Of a stretch of DNA of 64,000 bases, positions 55,705-64,000 are shown piece after piece; the first letter of the stretch is position 1, and every line of letters starts with the position of its first letter. A model generated the notes under the pieces. The model searched no databases. It was not told the origin of the DNA and saw nothing but the letters and a program-made list of their open reading frames with translations. The stretch spans positions 124,001 to 188,000 of the IMG/VR virus record IMGVR_UViG_3300047319_001872, one strand, 5' to 3'. Position numbers and translations under genes: made by a program.

Positions 55705-56040
55705 TCAGTCCCCTAAGAATACGTGTGCCTGGTTCGGCACGGATGCCAGTGCCGCTTGCATGCGGCCCAGCATGCGTTGAATGTCTGCCTCTTCCCAGAT
55801 CAGATACAGCTGGCTGCGCGTGTCGCCTGGTGCAGGCGTGAAGCGCGGCACGGACTTAACAAAAACAGGATCGAGGAAGAACGCGGTTTTCACGCCATCG
55901 ACTAACTTGATGGCTTCCCACTCTTCTGTGCCACGCAGTCCCGTGAACACAAACAGCTCGACGTAACTATTCGGAATCCACATCGAATACACAGTGGAGA
56001 TCGGCATCTGTAACATCAAACGACGATTAACGAGTCGCAT
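55705..56040 (-). CDS. hypothetical protein
   Basis: ORF track; AAGGA RBS. Confidence 0.55.
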   Translation of the reverse strand: MRLVNRRLMLQMPISTVYSMWIPNSYVELFVFTGLRGTEEWEAIKLVDGVKTAFFLDPVFVKSVPRFTPAPGDTRSQLYLIWEEADIQRMLGRMQAALASVPNQAHVFLGD

Positions 56041-56050
56041 AGGTTCCTTT

Positions 56051-56458
56051 TCACTCTTTGATGCGAGGGTCTACTACCGAGACGTCGATGTAGCTGCCAC
56101 ACTCACGCACGATGCGCTTGCGACAGATTACGGTGACGCCCTGTCGGCCGATTGTCGAATCGGGTTGCGCGTCGGAATAGCGATCGCCAAAAGTCTTAAT
56201 GATTTCTTCGAGAAGCTGTTCGTGAGGCACAGCGTCTTCCTTCCACGGTACGGCCACCATGTCCATGTCCCGACGCAGTGGTCCATAAAGCGCCAAACAC
56301 CAGCCGAGTCGTCGAGCCATGTCACGCATGACAGGCAAGAGCGCCCAGTAGGCGTTTTCCGCTGATACCGCAGTCGCAGGAAAACCGCGACCACACTCTA
56401 CGCAAGCCGACGCGTCAAACACCCGTGCCGTCTTGCAGCTACTACACTTCTCTGCCAT
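56051..56458 (-). CDS. zinc-ribbon plus nucleotidyltransferase-like small protein
   Basis: CSSC...CVEC; LYGPLRRDMDMVAVPW (DxD). Confidence 0.5.
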   Translation of the reverse strand: MAEKCSSCKTARVFDASACVECGRGFPATAVSAENAYWALLPVMRDMARRLGWCLALYGPLRRDMDMVAVPWKEDAVPHEQLLEEIIKTFGDRYSDAQPDSTIGRQGVTVICRKRIVRECGSYIDVSVVDPRIKE

Positions 56459-56474
56459 CACCTCCCTCCTGGCC

Positions 56475-56975
56475 TTACCCCACACGAACTGCTCGGGTCT
56501 GCAACTGCTCCCGAGCCTTCATGGTCAGGACACCACACAAGTTGGCACCTTTCCACTCATAGGGATTCTCGATACGGGGGTCGTCTTCATTGAGACCCAC
56601 GCCGTACACGGTATCGCGTTCGCTGGCTTCGACCAGGATGTCATTGCCCGTCTCAAGAAGCCACTGGCACTCCTGCGGGTTCTGACTATACTTCTCAAGC
56701 ATGCCAATGAGAATGAACTGCTCTCGCTTGGCCACCCACTCTGCATCGACGTAACCACGCACTTTGCGTCCTAAGACTTTCTGCGCTTGCGGGTTATCGG
56801 TCTTCAGAATGAGCTCCGCTACATCGTGGTCCTTAAAGAGCATCGCCTTGCAGTACATCATGAACTGCTCGAGCGACGAGAACGAAATGCCCTTCACTTT
56901 GAAGTGACAGATGTAGTGGTTCGACATGAAATCACGACGAGTGTAAAACGCCACGACGTTTCCCCATCGCCGCAT
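56475..56975 (-). CDS. NADAR (YbiA-like) family protein
   Basis: SSLEQFMMYCKA, KVLGRKVRG, KYSQN, LVEASERD..YGVG, WKGANLCG. Confidence 0.88.
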   Translation of the reverse strand: MRRWGNVVAFYTRRDFMSNHYICHFKVKGISFSSLEQFMMYCKAMLFKDHDVAELILKTDNPQAQKVLGRKVRGYVDAEWVAKREQFILIGMLEKYSQNPQECQWLLETGNDILVEASERDTVYGVGLNEDDPRIENPYEWKGANLCGVLTMKAREQLQTRAVRVG

Positions 56976-57016
56976 GTCTTCTCTCCCATCCAGGTTAATG
57001 GACCTGCTGCGCTACT

Positions 57017-57136
57017 TCACTTGGCTTCACGCCCTTGCACGTCGAAGTGCTCGTAGCAGTAGTCGCTGTTTAGCATGGTCGGGTTAATACAGCCCTTAAA
57101 CATGCACGGCAGGTAATGACAGTAACGCTTGTACAT
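57017..57136 (-). CDS. 39-aa Cys/His microprotein
   Basis: AAGGAG RBS; C..L.C...C...YCYEH. Confidence 0.5.
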   Translation of the reverse strand: MYKRYCHYLPCMFKGCINPTMLNSDYCYEHFDVQGREAK

Positions 57137-57146
57137 CGTTGCTCCT

Positions 57147-57494
57147 TTAAGCAGCTGCTGCAGTATTGCGTAGATGTTCCCAATGCCTTGCTTCGCGCAT
57201 GACGTGCTCGACGCGATCCGGCAGCGAACGGACCAGCAACTTCGCTTGCAGGTAATCCAGCCCGAATGCTTCGCGCTTGGCTTCACTGCGCTTGCCCGAG
57301 AGGATTTCGCAGACGCTCAGATTGAGCAAACCTGTCTTGGCCGAATGACGCAAGAAGGTCACAGTGTCTTCGCTACAGTCTTCGCGTGCCGACAGTTTCG
57401 CCAGCAACTCTTCTGCGCTGTGCTCACCTTCGAATGCGCCGTCTTGAAATGCAAATGCCAGGAACTTAATAAGTGAATCCACAACGGTCTCCAA
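57147..57494 (-). CDS. hypothetical protein
   Basis: ORF track, after a terminator. Confidence 0.55.
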   Translation of the reverse strand: METVVDSLIKFLAFAFQDGAFEGEHSAEELLAKLSAREDCSEDTVTFLRHSAKTGLLNLSVCEILSGKRSEAKREAFGLDYLQAKLLVRSLPDRVEHVMREARHWEHLRNTAAAA

Positions 57495-57586
57495 TTTAAT
57501 CTCGTTTTGAACAAAAAAAAAGAGGGATCGAAATCCCTCTTCCCCAGCCGCTACGTCTTTCGACGCAGCGACCAGTGGTAGACTAC

Positions 57587-59782
57587 TTAGAACTGATAAC
57601 CTGCCGAGACCACCGCACCGACGTCGCCGCGGGTGCTGGTGGACACGCCACCCTTCATGACCCAGCGATTGTCGCCCGTCACGTAGGAACCACCGACAGC
57701 GATACCTTGCTGACCGTGGTAGGTCGACACAGCGGCCGACAACATCCCGCTACCTGCACGGGTCGGTTGCGGCAAGCCTGCGATAGCCAGCACCGAAGCG
57801 AGGCCACCATAGGTGTCTTGCTTGTAGCTGTCCATCTGGTTTTGAAGAGCGTTCACACGCTGGTCCGTATAACCCATCGACTGTTGCTGCGCGAAGTTCA
57901 CTTGACCGACGTTCGCTGCATCGGTCGGTGCCGTACCTGCGGCGACGTGGGTGATCTGACGCTCGCTGCCCGCAGAACCCACCGAGATCGCGTTGTCACG
58001 ATCTGCCACCGAGTTCGCACCCAAGGCGACTGCGTTCTTTGCAGCCATCTTGGTGTTCGCACCCATCAACCCCTTGTCGATCGTGTTGATCGCTTGGGTG
58101 TTGCTCGTGACTTGCGATTGCAGACCAGCTTCTGCCGTCTGAGCCCGCGTCGTTTCGTTGTCGATCTTCGTATTCAGGCCGCTTTCAGCAGTCTGGGCAC
58201 GAGTCGATTCCGAATTGATGTTGGACTGCAGCTGACCTTCTGCGGCCGTAGCACGCGACGTTTCTGCACCGACTTGCTTGTTGGTGTAGGCGTTCGCCGA
58301 CGAGAGGGTCTTGGCCGACGAAGCATCGGTGTAAGCGGCCGAGGTAGCCACGGCGCCGACATAAGCTGCACCGGCTGCGGCATCAGCGTGAGCGTTGGCG
58401 GATGTCAGCGTAGCGGCGCTCGATGCGTCCGTGTAGCTTTCAGCCGTCGAAACACCCTTCGCTACAGCCTTGTCGGTGTACTTGTTGGCCGACTTAAGCG
58501 TAGCAGCATCGCCCGCTTGTTGTGCCGTTTGCAGATCGTGCGCGACGTTATTGGTGTAGTCGAACGACGTGTCAATCGCCGTTTGCGTGGCAGTCGCAAC
58601 TTCAGCGTGGGTCGCGCTGTTCGTTTGCAGGTCCGAGATAGCCGAGCTGTTTTGCTTGGACTGATTCAGCGCCGTGTTCGCGGTCGACTGGGCGTGTTGT
58701 GCATCGCCTTCAGCCTTGCCTGCCAGACCGAGTGCTGCACCGCCGACTACCAGGGCGGCATCTGCCGTACCTTGTGCATGCGAAGCAGCTTTACCGGCTG
58801 CTGCCGCAGCAGAACCAGCGGCCGTGGCTTTGGCATCTGCCGTAGCAGCGACTTGACCAGCCGCAGTCGCAGTCGACTGTGCCGAGGCTGCAGCAACTGC
58901 TGCACCTTCAGCGACACCTTCTGCATGACCTGCGACAATCGCCGCACCCGTTGCCGTGATCGCTGCGCCGATAGCAACGCCTTCGGCTTGTTGTGCAGTG
59001 ACCGAAGCGCCTTGCGCGATCGACTTCGCTTGTGCCGAGGTATCGACAGCAGCTTGCGAATTGGCGAGAGCTGTATTGGCCGTAGCCCCAACACCGTTGA
59101 CTTGCGACTGCAGGTTCGCTTCTGCACCGGTTGCGCGAGTAGCTTCGGCTGCGGTAGCAGCGGCGGCCGTCGATGCATTGGTGGTGATTTGACCTTGCAG
59201 ACCGGCTTCGGCGCCCTTCGCACGCGTCGCTTCAGCAGCGGTCGCGTTGGCTGCCGTGGTGGCGTTGGTGTTGACTTGCGTTTGCAGGCTGGCTTCCGCC
59301 GCTTTCGCGCGATTGGTTTCACCGGCGACTTGCGTGGTCGTGTAAGCGTTCTGCGCAGCAGCCGAGTCAGCGACTTCTTGATGCGTAGCGCTGTTCACTT
59401 GCAAGGCGGCGATCGCACCGCCTTGCTGGCTCACCTGACCTTGCAGCTGCGTGATGTTCGACGTGTTCGCAGCGACGTTGGTGTTCGTGCTGTTCAGCTG
59501 TGCCGAAGTCGCCAGACCCGAGACTGTACCCGAAACCGACGAACCGTTGGACAACGTCGAGGTGACCGTCGTGCCGCTGATGCTCACGCCGGTGACCGAG
59601 GCACCGTCCTTGCCTGCAGCGCCGGTAGCACCTGTGGCGCCCGTTGCACCGGTGTCACCCTTCGGACCTTGCGGGCCTTGTTCACCGCAGCCGAACAGGC
59701 CGCAGGATGCATGCGCACCGATCGAAACCGAAGCGAGCAAAGCGATGAGGAGGGCGTTCTTTTTGATGGCGTTCTTTTTCAT
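57587..59782 (-). CDS. YadA/Hia-type trimeric autotransporter adhesin with collagen-like segment
   Basis: Signal peptide; GEQGPQGPKGDTGATGATG; Ala-rich coiled stalk; AVALGANS...ISVG..RQITHVAAG..TDAANVGQ head/neck; C-terminal beta-anchor ending GYQF. Confidence 0.92.
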   Translation of the reverse strand: MKKNAIKKNALLIALLASVSIGAHASCGLFGCGEQGPQGPKGDTGATGATGATGAAGKDGASVTGVSISGTTVTSTLSNGSSVSGTVSGLATSAQLNSTNTNVAANTSNITQLQGQVSQQGGAIAALQVNSATHQEVADSAAAQNAYTTTQVAGETNRAKAAEASLQTQVNTNATTAANATAAEATRAKGAEAGLQGQITTNASTAAAATAAEATRATGAEANLQSQVNGVGATANTALANSQAAVDTSAQAKSIAQGASVTAQQAEGVAIGAAITATGAAIVAGHAEGVAEGAAVAAASAQSTATAAGQVAATADAKATAAGSAAAAAGKAASHAQGTADAALVVGGAALGLAGKAEGDAQHAQSTANTALNQSKQNSSAISDLQTNSATHAEVATATQTAIDTSFDYTNNVAHDLQTAQQAGDAATLKSANKYTDKAVAKGVSTAESYTDASSAATLTSANAHADAAAGAAYVGAVATSAAYTDASSAKTLSSANAYTNKQVGAETSRATAAEGQLQSNINSESTRAQTAESGLNTKIDNETTRAQTAEAGLQSQVTSNTQAINTIDKGLMGANTKMAAKNAVALGANSVADRDNAISVGSAGSERQITHVAAGTAPTDAANVGQVNFAQQQSMGYTDQRVNALQNQMDSYKQDTYGGLASVLAIAGLPQPTRAGSGMLSAAVSTYHGQQGIAVGGSYVTGDNRWVMKGGVSTSTRGDVGAVVSAGYQF

Positions 59783-59846
59783 GATGCGCTATTTTCCTAA
59801 AGGTAAGTGGTAACGACACGGTTGGCTTTGTTTCCAACTCACCTTT

Positions 59847-59872
59847 GTTATATAGGTCTGAGATTATCTTGG
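59847..59872 (-). promoter_or_regulatory. putative early promoter for the autotransporter gene
   Basis: CCTATATAAC, ~65 nt upstream of ATG 59782. Confidence 0.5.
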
Positions 59873-59879
59873 ATCGCCC

Positions 59880-60152
59880 TTATCGGGACGCCCGAGCCTT
59901 GAGCACATGCAGCACGCGTGTATTGCCCCGTACGCGTAAATTCACCATGCTACGATATTGCGCGTAGCACGCCATCCAGTCCTTGATCGCCTTGCGGTCC
60001 CAGAACCGTTCCTTGCCTTCCACCACCGTGGGTGACGGAAAGCGAACCGGTGCCTTTTCAGGACGCCTCAAATAGAGCTCGATCTTCTCTCGGCTCTTCT
60101 TGGTCAAGCGACACACATCCCCGATGGTCATTAACTTGACCTGTGCGTCCAC
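59880..60152 (-). CDS. AlpA/excisionase-like HTH protein
   Basis: MTIGDVCRLT...FPSP...RFWDRKAIKDW. Confidence 0.7.
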   Translation of the reverse strand: MDAQVKLMTIGDVCRLTKKSREKIELYLRRPEKAPVRFPSPTVVEGKERFWDRKAIKDWMACYAQYRSMVNLRVRGNTRVLHVLKARASR

Positions 60153-60160
60153 AACTTTCC

Positions 60161-60604
60161 CTACTGGTTAAACACGTACTCAAGCTTCCCCGCTCGGTAC
60201 ATGCCCTTTTCGACTTTGGTCAGATCGAAATCGAACAGATTGATAAACGGACGGGAGAACTGGTGAAACATCTCTTCAGCCACGGTACAGCTGGGCTTGT
60301 CGTCGTCCAATTGAACGAGCATTTTTTCAACGAGATGAATCCCGGTTCCCCGCTTCTGGTATTCCGGTAACACCCGCACGCAGCGCAGCTTAGTCTCGTG
60401 CGCGTTCTTCTTACCCAACGCCACGCCAATGACTTGGTGCTTATCCTTGGCGAGTATCAGGATGTCATGCCCGACCATGACGCCGGGCATGACTTTGTTG
60501 GTGAACCAGTAGCTAAAGTCCGGATAGAGAATATCCATGCCGTGCAGTAGCTTACCAGCTTCCAAGGTGTCGACGAGACGTGTGCCTTGCTCGTAGCGAA
60601 TCAT
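60161..60604 (-). CDS. GNAT acetyltransferase
   Basis: KLRCVRVLPEYQKRGTGIHL (motif A). Confidence 0.8.
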   Translation of the reverse strand: MIRYEQGTRLVDTLEAGKLLHGMDILYPDFSYWFTNKVMPGVMVGHDILILAKDKHQVIGVALGKKNAHETKLRCVRVLPEYQKRGTGIHLVEKMLVQLDDDKPSCTVAEEMFHQFSRPFINLFDFDLTKVEKGMYRAGKLEYVFNQ

Positions 60605-61089
60605 GCCAACGCCGCCAGCTTGTTGAGCACCAACTCGGTGACGGCTTCAGCCAGGCGTGCCGGATACTGCATGTGGATCACGTCCGGGCCACCGATCACA
60701 CCCTGGTTCTCGTCGTGCAATTCGCTGTAGACCATCTGGCTCAGCTTCGAGACTTCTTCGTCCGAAACCAAATCCTTGGCCACCACGGCACGGATGTTCT
60801 TGAGCACGTCCGGGTTGATTTCGGTCGCTTGCTTGTAGTGACCTTCGATCAGTTCAGCCGGAACATACGACGAGGAAGCCTCGTTCGCACGGCGCACCCA
60901 GTAGCCACCCGGCTTCAGGGTATGGTGCAGCGAGAATTCGAACGGCAGCGTGAGTTCGTCAAAGCGTTCGTCTTCCGGAACCAACTTCGTCACATCCGCA
61001 CCGGCGATGTTGACAAACTTGATCTCTTTGATCTTCAGTGCTTCGACGACATCGAGCGAGCGATACTTCGGAATGAGGTGAAATTCCAT
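60601..61089 (-). CDS. hypothetical phage protein
   Basis: PKY...VEALKIKEI...GGYWV...SYVPAE. Confidence 0.6.
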   Translation of the reverse strand: MEFHLIPKYRSLDVVEALKIKEIKFVNIAGADVTKLVPEDERFDELTLPFEFSLHHTLKPGGYWVRRANEASSSYVPAELIEGHYKQATEINPDVLKNIRAVVAKDLVSDEEVSKLSQMVYSELHDENQGVIGGPDVIHMQYPARLAEAVTELVLNKLAALA

Positions 61090-61481
61090 TACAGATACTC
61101 TCCTGCTTCTTCGTCCTGCTCGGCATCCAAAGGACGATCAGCAAGTTCGCGCCAGTTACGCCCAGCGCACGGATTGACTTCTTCGACGATCTTCACGTCG
61201 CCCAGAAGCGTTTCGCCAAAGCTGCCGAAGCCCTTTAGCACCTTCCCCGTCACTAAAAAGCAGGGTTTGCCGTGCGAGGCATGCAGCTCAACGGCTGCGC
61301 GCTGCCATTCGTCACGTTTCATCCGGGGCATCAGAATGCGGTACTGCTTGCGATCACCGCACTCTTCTTCGACGGCTTCCCAGACACCCACCCCTGCTTC
61401 ATGCTTTTTCTTTTCCCGGTTGTAGCTCTTGCCTCCAATGGGCAAAACCCCGAACCGCAAATACACCAACGGCATGGCCAT
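61089..61481 (-). CDS. hypothetical protein
   Basis: ORF track; AAGGA RBS. Confidence 0.6.
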   Translation of the reverse strand: MAMPLVYLRFGVLPIGGKSYNREKKKHEAGVGVWEAVEEECGDRKQYRILMPRMKRDEWQRAAVELHASHGKPCFLVTGKVLKGFGSFGETLLGDVKIVEEVNPCAGRNWRELADRPLDAEQDEEAGEYL

Positions 61482-61544
61482 AATCCTTGTTTTTAGTTGT
61501 TGATCTCACTGTGCAATGGATGAGTCGCCCGAGTGAACTTTGCC

Positions 61545-62264
61545 TTAGTCGTCCGCGTAGAGCCGCTTGCTCACACCCGACACAGGGTGAAGCTTCTGCT
61601 TTTGCTTCTCGCGAATCTCGTCCTGCTTACCCCAGACCCGTGCGAGCTCGGTGTCGGCGGTATGATCCAGCTCGAGCCCTTCGGCGTTACAGACCATCGC
61701 CAAGGTGGTGGCGACGCCGCCCACTTCTTGATAGACCTTACCGGGCGCCTTGTCGTAAACGCTATCGACCATGCGGTGAGCGTCTTGACGACTCATGCCG
61801 CCTGCCTGCACCAGCTCTGTCGCCTCCTCGTAGAAGCGGAAGTAGCGCTGCAGCTTGTCCTTGATGCCTGCTGGGCCAAAGCACGACTTGAACCATTCCC
61901 ACACGCGCTGCTGAAACGACGGTACCGGGATACGCTGCATCTGCAACACTTGCAGTTGGTACTCCGCGAGCTCGCGTTGCAGGCTCAGATACATGCCGTA
62001 GGGCACGAACTCCCGACCCGTTTGCGGGATCAACTCATCGAGCTCTTGCAGTCGCTCAAAGCTGATCTTCTCCGCCACCGCAATCGCGTCATCCGGGTCC
62101 ATCGACATCTCGTAGCGACGTGAGGCTGCATCGAGCACCGACGTCACGGCAATACCGGGACGAAAGGTGGTATAGCCGACCCGCATCGAGTGGGTAATCT
62201 TGCCGTCTTTCGCATGTCGTCCAAACACTGGATCGACGTCGTAGACTTTGAGTTGGGAGTTCAT
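61545..62264 (-). CDS. two-domain protein with MazG-like all-alpha C-terminal domain
   Basis: RFYEEATEL.QA...QEVGGVATTL...ELARVW. Confidence 0.55.
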   Translation of the reverse strand: MNSQLKVYDVDPVFGRHAKDGKITHSMRVGYTTFRPGIAVTSVLDAASRRYEMSMDPDDAIAVAEKISFERLQELDELIPQTGREFVPYGMYLSLQRELAEYQLQVLQMQRIPVPSFQQRVWEWFKSCFGPAGIKDKLQRYFRFYEEATELVQAGGMSRQDAHRMVDSVYDKAPGKVYQEVGGVATTLAMVCNAEGLELDHTADTELARVWGKQDEIREKQKQKLHPVSGVSKRLYADD

Positions 62265-62611
62265 AACTGACCAAACACCACAAAGAGGTAAAGGACCTTG
62301 CAGGCGATGTGTAGTGCCTGGTCGGTGTTATAGGTGATGTACTTCTTGCACTTGCCGTAGTCGATGAACGCGTGCGCCACCAGCTCAATCACCGCACAAT
62401 GCAGCGAGCCGGTAAAGAGCAAGACGAATCCGGACTGAATGTACGCATGGGCGAACAGCGCATGTTTCCACACGCCGTTCTGACCCAACGCACTATCGGG
62501 ATTCTTCGCTTCACTGAGGTACGGTCCCTGGAGCGGATAATCAGCCACAAAGTGGCCGAAGATCAACAGGTACAGGAGAGTAGTCGCGGAGTGATGGAAG
62601 AAGGCGAGCAT
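62261..62611 (-). CDS. DUF3307-like membrane protein
   Basis: GHFVADYPLQ, HAYI, HAFIDYGK, DQALH. Confidence 0.75.
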   Translation of the reverse strand: MLAFFHHSATTLLYLLIFGHFVADYPLQGPYLSEAKNPDSALGQNGVWKHALFAHAYIQSGFVLLFTGSLHCAVIELVAHAFIDYGKCKKYITYNTDQALHIACKVLYLFVVFGQL

Positions 62612-63801
62612 TACTTTTCCTTCTTCGCTTGACGCTGCAGCTTCAGGTACACCGGCGTGTAGTCCGGGGTTTCAGAAGCGAGTTGCGTCTGCACTTCAGC
62701 GACGGTGTCGGCCATCTCAGGCACCTCGGGCAAGGGCGCTGGTTCTTCCGGCACGCTAATATACTGCTGGATCAGCCCGTCGAGCACCAGGTGCGCTTGC
62801 TTGAAGACTTCCTGGCGGGTGAATTCGCGCAGGTCACTCCACTGCACACGCATGTTGTACGGTCCAGCCCCATTCACCGACAGCAAGATATTGCGGCTTG
62901 CCCACTGGCCCTTCGTGTTCATGAAGGTGAGGATATACTCTTCGACCTGGATGCGAACAAACGAAGACAGGCCGTCATCGTTGCGCACGTAATGCTGGGT
63001 GACGTCCGGGAGCTTCTCTTCGGCATCGAAGACCTGGTCCATCTTCGTGTGCAGCTCAGCGAGGTTCGCCTCGACATCCACAGGCTTCTCAGCCGTGTAG
63101 CCGCTCTTGTTGGCGAGCTTCTCCCACTCGAGAGCAAACGCTTCCAGCACACCAGGGAAGATCGTCTCGCCCGGATCAGCCAACCAGACTTCTTCATGCG
63201 GGTGCCAGTACAGCAACACAGCGCGATGGTCCCGGCGCACGATGTAGCGCGCCTTCAGGCCGTTCTCGAGATCGGCAGCCAGTACCAGCCATTGCGGGCT
63301 CTCGCCCCCCGCTGCGTACGATTCCGGATTCGTACGGTGGATGCCCGAGGGCAGACCCACTTCGATACCAGGGTTGTAAGGTAGCGGCAACTCGATGTCG
63401 TGGTAAGTACCGAAGGCATTCATCGCTGCTTCTTCGAGCCACACCCGGAACGCCTTCGAGCGATCCGCGTCGTCCGTCACCGGCTGGAAGTCAAACTTCT
63501 TCAGCTTGTCTTCGAGCTTGAAAATGCCCATCGAGAAATGACGACTGATGGCCGCATAGTCGCGCAGCTTGTTGGCAATCGGACCGTGGCCCGAGAAGTA
63601 CTTCGCCACGCTCCACTTGTGCTGCGCCATGGCGACGATATGGCTATTCAGCGACTTGGCCAAACTCTCCAACTGCGGTTCGGGCTTCTTCATGCCGCTT
63701 CGCAGAAGCTCGATAAGCTCCAGCGTCACCATCGCCGAGGCACTATGGCCATCTTCTTCGATGGTGCTTTTGAGTTGTCCCACCATTTCGCTGTAAGTCA
63801 T
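62611..63801 (-). CDS. hypothetical protein
   Basis: ORF track, 396 aa. Confidence 0.7.
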   Translation of the reverse strand: MTYSEMVGQLKSTIEEDGHSASAMVTLELIELLRSGMKKPEPQLESLAKSLNSHIVAMAQHKWSVAKYFSGHGPIANKLRDYAAISRHFSMGIFKLEDKLKKFDFQPVTDDADRSKAFRVWLEEAAMNAFGTYHDIELPLPYNPGIEVGLPSGIHRTNPESYAAGGESPQWLVLAADLENGLKARYIVRRDHRAVLLYWHPHEEVWLADPGETIFPGVLEAFALEWEKLANKSGYTAEKPVDVEANLAELHTKMDQVFDAEEKLPDVTQHYVRNDDGLSSFVRIQVEEYILTFMNTKGQWASRNILLSVNGAGPYNMRVQWSDLREFTRQEVFKQAHLVLDGLIQQYISVPEEPAPLPEVPEMADTVAEVQTQLASETPDYTPVYLKLQRQAKKEK

Positions 63802-63858
63802 GGTAATGCCAAAAAAAGTCGTGGTCTTGTCCCAGGGACCGTAGCCCCTGGGTACGTG

Positions 63859-64000
63859 TTATTGCTCGCGCTTCAGCTTCATTTCCGTCTTGAAGGCGAT
63901 GTGCTGCAACTGATCAATCGGGAACGCTTTGGTCACAACCTTCTTGACCACGTCCGGATCAGTGAAGAGGTACGCACCCTTATCGAGCAGGATACGCTTG
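63859..64000 (-). CDS. 3' end of a gene entering from outside the window
   Basis: ...KRILLDKGAYLFTDPDVVKKVVTKAFPIDQLQHIAFKTEMKLKREQ-stop; terminator-like hairpin at ~63829-63852. Confidence 0.6.
   Translation of the reverse strand, partial: KRILLDKGAYLFTDPDVVKKVVTKAFPIDQLQHIAFKTEMKLKREQ

Noticed and set aside
57575-59800. 741-aa plus-strand ORF and other long plus-strand ORFs (e.g. 29285-30700, 30871-32037, 27340-28437)
   Set aside because: Antisense shadows of well-supported minus-strand genes in GC-rich DNA; no motifs or RBS
60601-61089. Tad2-like anti-defence protein
   Set aside because: Only a weak GGY.V...S..P motif; the ARxGWNG core of Tad2/DUF2829 is absent
1-64000. tRNA, rRNA, integrase or att sites
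   Set aside because: None recognised by eye; a tRNAscan-SE run would be needed to exclude tRNAs formally

Overview
64 kb from a large dsDNA phage, most likely a phiKZ-like jumbo phage of a Burkholderia/Ralstonia-type host. This is an inference from the nearly all minus-strand, densely packed short ORFs, the recurring hairpin+TTTATGCCG terminators, a TATATTAC-type promoter motif, the tail-fibre genes and several Betaproteobacteria-like metabolic genes; no hallmark capsid, RNAP or chimallin gene lies in the window. The main find is at 17874-20490: a nuclease-less Nop/IS110-related protein (TasA-like) next to a ~1.25 kb array of ~34 units with a 36-nt period, in which two 9-nt repeats (TGATACACT / TGGGTGACT) alternate with unique ~9-nt spacers. 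This is a TIGR-Tas-like RNA-guided system with a variant repeat consensus, apparently transcribed divergently from its protein gene. Other notable items are a cyclophilin-Tad1 (immune-signal sponge) fusion, a collagen-containing YadA-type trimeric autotransporter, orphan HicB- and HigA-like antitoxins, NADAR, an RNA-ligase-like protein, a QueC-like protein, a dCTP deaminase with an insertion, a run of small membrane proteins and microproteins, and three hairpin-dense non-coding regions. No tRNA, rRNA or CRISPR array was recognised. All family calls come from motif recognition by eye, not database searches. Several start codons were moved from the ORF track to the start preceded by a ribosome-binding site.
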